This document shows positions 27,237-29,744 of a stretch of DNA of 29,744 bases, in pieces. A program made the position numbers and the translations under genes. The notes under the pieces are model-generated. The model had not been told where the DNA came from, did no database searches, and saw only the letters and a program-made list of their open reading frames with translations. Source of the DNA: an uncultured Bacteroidales bacterium (GTDB lineage Bacteria; Bacteroidota; Bacteroidia; Bacteroidales; Paludibacteraceae); the NCBI GenBank assembly GCA_946615455.1, contig CAMOHN010000001.1:1-29744 (forward strand), in the 5' to 3' direction. Numbering within the stretch: position 1 is the first letter of the stretch; each line of letters starts with the position of its first letter.

Positions 27237-27267
27237 CAAAAATATCTTTTTTCCGAAATGTGTACAA
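27237..27267 (-). promoter_or_regulatory. Bacteroidetes housekeeping promoter for the rel-led gene run
   Basis: Minus-strand TATTTTTG(CG) at 27244-27237 with TTG at 27267-27265, a 20-nt spacer. Confidence 0.7.
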
Positions 27268-27347
27268 TTTTTGCCTGAAAAAAACGGAAAACTACGCCCG
27301 AATTGTCAAAATTCTGCTTCTGTTATGGTAGGTGTGGCAAACGGCAT

Positions 27348-27355
27348 TACTTTTG
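27348..27355 (+). promoter_or_regulatory. Bacteroidetes -7 element for the amidase gene
   Basis: TACTTTTG, 40 nt upstream of the ATG at 27396; no clear -33. Confidence 0.5.
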
Positions 27356-27395
27356 TTGCACTTATTGTTGTTTAATTATTTCACTTCTGCTTACT

Positions 27396-28523
27396 ATGTG
27401 GCTTGTGCGCAAAATACTGCTTCTTGGTTCGTTTTTTATGTTCATGGTGTTGCCTGTTCGTGCCTTTACAGTGGTCATTGATGCCGGGCACGGCGGTAAG
27501 GACTATGGTGCCATAGGACATGTGCTCAAACTCAAAGAGAAAGACCTCAACTTGGATGTGTCGCTGCGTCTGGCTTCCAAGATTCGCACAGCCTACCCCG
27601 ATGTCAATGTGGTGCTCACCCGCTCCACTGATGTATTCATAGCCTTGCAGGAGCGTGCCAACATAGTCAATCGCAACAATGCCGACCTGTTCATCTGTGT
27701 CCATACCAACTCGGCGGAGAGCCGCAAAGCTTCCGGTGCCGAAGTCTTTATTCTCGGTACGGATAAGATGGAGAAGAACCTTGATGTCGCCATGCGTGAG
27801 AATGCCGTCATGAAACTTGAGGCGGACTATCAGACCACCTATCAAGGGTTTGACCCCAACAGCATCGACTCTTACATCATGTTCGAACTCATGCAGAACC
27901 AGTATATGGATCGCAGCCTCAAATTCGCCACTATGGTGCAGAATGAGTTTGTCAATACCCTCAAACGCGGCGACCGAGGTGTGCGTCAGGCGGCTTTTTG
28001 GGTACTGCTCAAGTCGGCTTGCCCCAGTGTGTTGGTCGAGATGGGTTTTGTATCCAACAAAGAAGAAGAACAATACCTCGGCACGGACAAGGGCAAACGC
28101 GAAATCACCGATGCCATCTTCACCGCTTTCTGTACTTACTATCAGTCCGTCACCGGCACAATGGAAGCGACTGTTGCACCTGCCCAAACAGAACAACCAA
28201 AAAATGAAGTCTCTACACCTGAACAGCCTGCTGCACAACCTGCTCAAACCACCCAATCTGCTCAACCTGCTGCTGAACAAAAAGAAACACCCGCCGTTTC
28301 CACAGCGGGCAACTATACGGTGCAGATCTTCTCATCGCGACGCGAATTGAGCGAGAATGACCCCGAGTTCAAGGGACTGAAAGGTTGTTTCTATACCCGT
28401 CGTGGCGAGTGGTACAAGTACATGTACGGTCGCTATCAGACCGAGCAGGAAGCCCAAAAGGTGTGCGACCAACTGCAGACCAAGTTCAAAGGCTGTTTTG
28501 TGGTGCCTGTTCCCCAAGATTAG
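27396..28523 (+). CDS. N-acetylmuramoyl-L-alanine amidase (Amidase_3) with P/A/Q-rich linker and SPOR-like C-terminal domain
   Basis: VVIDAGHGGKD, EKDLNL, LTRSTD, LFICVHTN and PSVLVEMGF Zn/catalytic motifs; YTVQIFSS...YKYMYG C-terminal domain. Start moved from 27303 to 27396 (signal peptide). Confidence 0.92.
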   Translation: MWLVRKILLLGSFFMFMVLPVRAFTVVIDAGHGGKDYGAIGHVLKLKEKDLNLDVSLRLASKIRTAYPDVNVVLTRSTDVFIALQERANIVNRNNADLFICVHTNSAESRKASGAEVFILGTDKMEKNLDVAMRENAVMKLEADYQTTYQGFDPNSIDSYIMFELMQNQYMDRSLKFATMVQNEFVNTLKRGDRGVRQAAFWVLLKSACPSVLVEMGFVSNKEEEQYLGTDKGKREITDAIFTAFCTYYQSVTGTMEATVAPAQTEQPKNEVSTPEQPAAQPAQTTQSAQPAAEQKETPAVSTAGNYTVQIFSSRRELSENDPEFKGLKGCFYTRRGEWYKYMYGRYQTEQEAQKVCDQLQTKFKGCFVVPVPQD

Positions 28524-29628
28524 ATAGTTCAGAATTGGGATAGTAGTAAGCCAGTATGTCCTCGTACTGCTTCCCTTCCAATGCCATTTCGGCTGCTCCC
28601 AATTGGCATAGTCCCACACCGTGTCCCCAGCCGTGACCATGCAGCACAAAACGCTCGGGACGCTCGGCAGGTTGTTCCTCCACCGTGAACCACGACGAGT
28701 AGAGGCAACTGCGGCTCAATGCACGGCGAATCTTCAACTCTTTGCCCAATACGATACTCCCTGTTTCTCCTTCAATCTGAAGACTATAAATGCGTCCGGA
28801 AGCACCGCGTTGGAGAGGGTGGAGGTGACGAATGCTACCCACATCAATGCCCGCCTTCTCTTGGAGTATGCTTTGCAGTTCCGCCTGCGTGTATGCTACC
28901 GTCCAGTCGTGGGCATCGCGGGTCTGTTGGTCGTAGTGAATCAAACAATGCAGAATAGCCGGTTCATTGCGTTTCAGCCGTTCCACTGCCCGTTGGCAAT
29001 AGGGGCACTCCACTGACTGCAGGTAAGGCACATCCTTGTCTTCCCAGCAGGTGCTGAACACTTCCGTTCGCCCACCGCAACACTTATAGAAGCGTGTATC
29101 GCACACCTCGCCTTGGTAGGTCAGTACTTGTCCGGCTGTGGCACGGACGGCGGAAACAGCTCGTTCGTTGATTTTTCGTATGCCCTCGTACCGTTGGCAG
29201 TGGTCGTCGGCACAAACATCGTAGCCGATGTGCCCGTTGCTCTCATAGGCGGTCTGCCGTAAACTGCCCGCCGAAGCACGATTGGCGGCTATGGCACGCA
29301 TAGCCCACGAGCGGGAGATGACAGCGTGTGCCTTCAATAGTTCAATGGGGCTGTCGGACGACATCTCCGACGAGATGACCGACACTAAGTAATCCTCCAA
29401 CCCAATCTCATTGACTGCCGTCTCGGTGTCGTCGGCGTTCCGGATGATGTGAAGTGTGCCGGCAAACTCTTGGGTCTCCTCTCTGTCCCAATGGAATCCT
29501 ATGCCGATGCGCACACCGTGCAGCACAAAAGTTGGTTGCCCGTTGTGTTCGCTCGTTTCATAGTCAATATGCGGAGCTGTGACTATGCCGACTCGAATCC
29601 GAGGGATTGGCGTGCTTGCAGTTCCCAT
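28486..29628 (-). CDS. SpoIID/LytB domain protein (putative lytic transglycosylase)
   Basis: [62 protein letters not shown]. Confidence 0.9.
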   Translation of the reverse strand: MGTASTPIPRIRVGIVTAPHIDYETSEHNGQPTFVLHGVRIGIGFHWDREETQEFAGTLHIIRNADDTETAVNEIGLEDYLVSVISSEMSSDSPIELLKAHAVISRSWAMRAIAANRASAGSLRQTAYESNGHIGYDVCADDHCQRYEGIRKINERAVSAVRATAGQVLTYQGEVCDTRFYKCCGGRTEVFSTCWEDKDVPYLQSVECPYCQRAVERLKRNEPAILHCLIHYDQQTRDAHDWTVAYTQAELQSILQEKAGIDVGSIRHLHPLQRGASGRIYSLQIEGETGSIVLGKELKIRRALSRSCLYSSWFTVEEQPAERPERFVLHGHGWGHGVGLCQLGAAEMALEGKQYEDILAYYYPNSELSNLGEQAPQNSL

Positions 29629-29744
29629 GTGCGTAGGCGGTCTTTGTAGAGGTTGTTGCGGTTCATGGCATCTGTGTCACAGTTGGCATCGGAGTTGTCC
29701 TCCCACCGGCGGCAGTTATAGACCACATCCCAGATACGACCAAT
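29583..29744 (-). CDS. 3' end of a glycosyltransferase family 2 protein (5' part outside the window; absent from the ORF track)
   Basis: Translating from the window edge gives [20 protein letters not shown]...[26 protein letters not shown], matching the recalled C-terminus of Bacteroidales GT2 proteins encoded next to SpoIID/LytB; TAG at 29585-29583. Confidence 0.75.
   Translation of the reverse strand: MGRIWDVVYNCRRWEDNSDANCDTDAMNRNNLYKDRLRTWELQARQSLGFESA

Noticed and set aside
27381-28280. 299-aa antisense ORF over the amidase gene
   Set aside because: Shadow of a well-supported gene, with no motifs of its own.
28170-28300. CCTGCT-rich low-complexity stretch in the amidase gene
   Set aside because: An ordinary Pro/Ala/Gln linker between catalytic and cell-wall-binding domains.
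1-29744. tRNA, rRNA, riboswitch, IS, integrase or prophage elements
   Set aside because: Intergenic gaps are at most about 200 nt and are explained by promoters; no transposase, integrase or phage motifs or terminal repeats seen. A covariance-model scan was not run.

Overview
Chromosomal window from a moderately GC-rich Bacteroidales bacterium. The taxon is inferred from TAnnTTTG promoter elements, a T9SS C-terminal sorting domain and Bacteroidales-type gene families; a Paludibacteraceae-like lineage is only a guess. No RNA genes, CRISPR arrays or mobile elements are visible. Layout: panB (partial, +); a minus-strand run of outer-membrane beta-barrel, 2050-aa T9SS-type repeat protein, ftsB-like gene and ruvC; a divergent GH3 beta-glucosidase; a tightly packed 16-kb minus-strand run of 11 genes (short RelA/SpoT, DUF1573, meaB, dnaB, asnS, TonB-dependent receptor, DUF5689 lipoprotein, cvpA, DUF2238-like membrane protein, nadE, dsbD-like); a divergent Amidase_3 gene; SpoIID/LytB; and the 3' end of a GT2 gene. 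The most interesting object is the giant repeat protein, with about 34 repeats of roughly 50 aa. Its cysteine losses co-vary between neighbouring repeats, pointing to inter-repeat disulfide staples, and it carries about 78 Bacteroidetes O-glycosylation sequons. It is encoded behind a beta-barrel with a C-terminal CxC tail. Other points: a SusD-less TonB receptor/DUF5689 pair without adjacent nucleases, a Rel enzyme lacking the ZFD/RIS region, a reduced DsbD with an EF-hand-like loop, and a heptamer array between dnaB and asnS. All calls come from reading the sequence; no searches were run.
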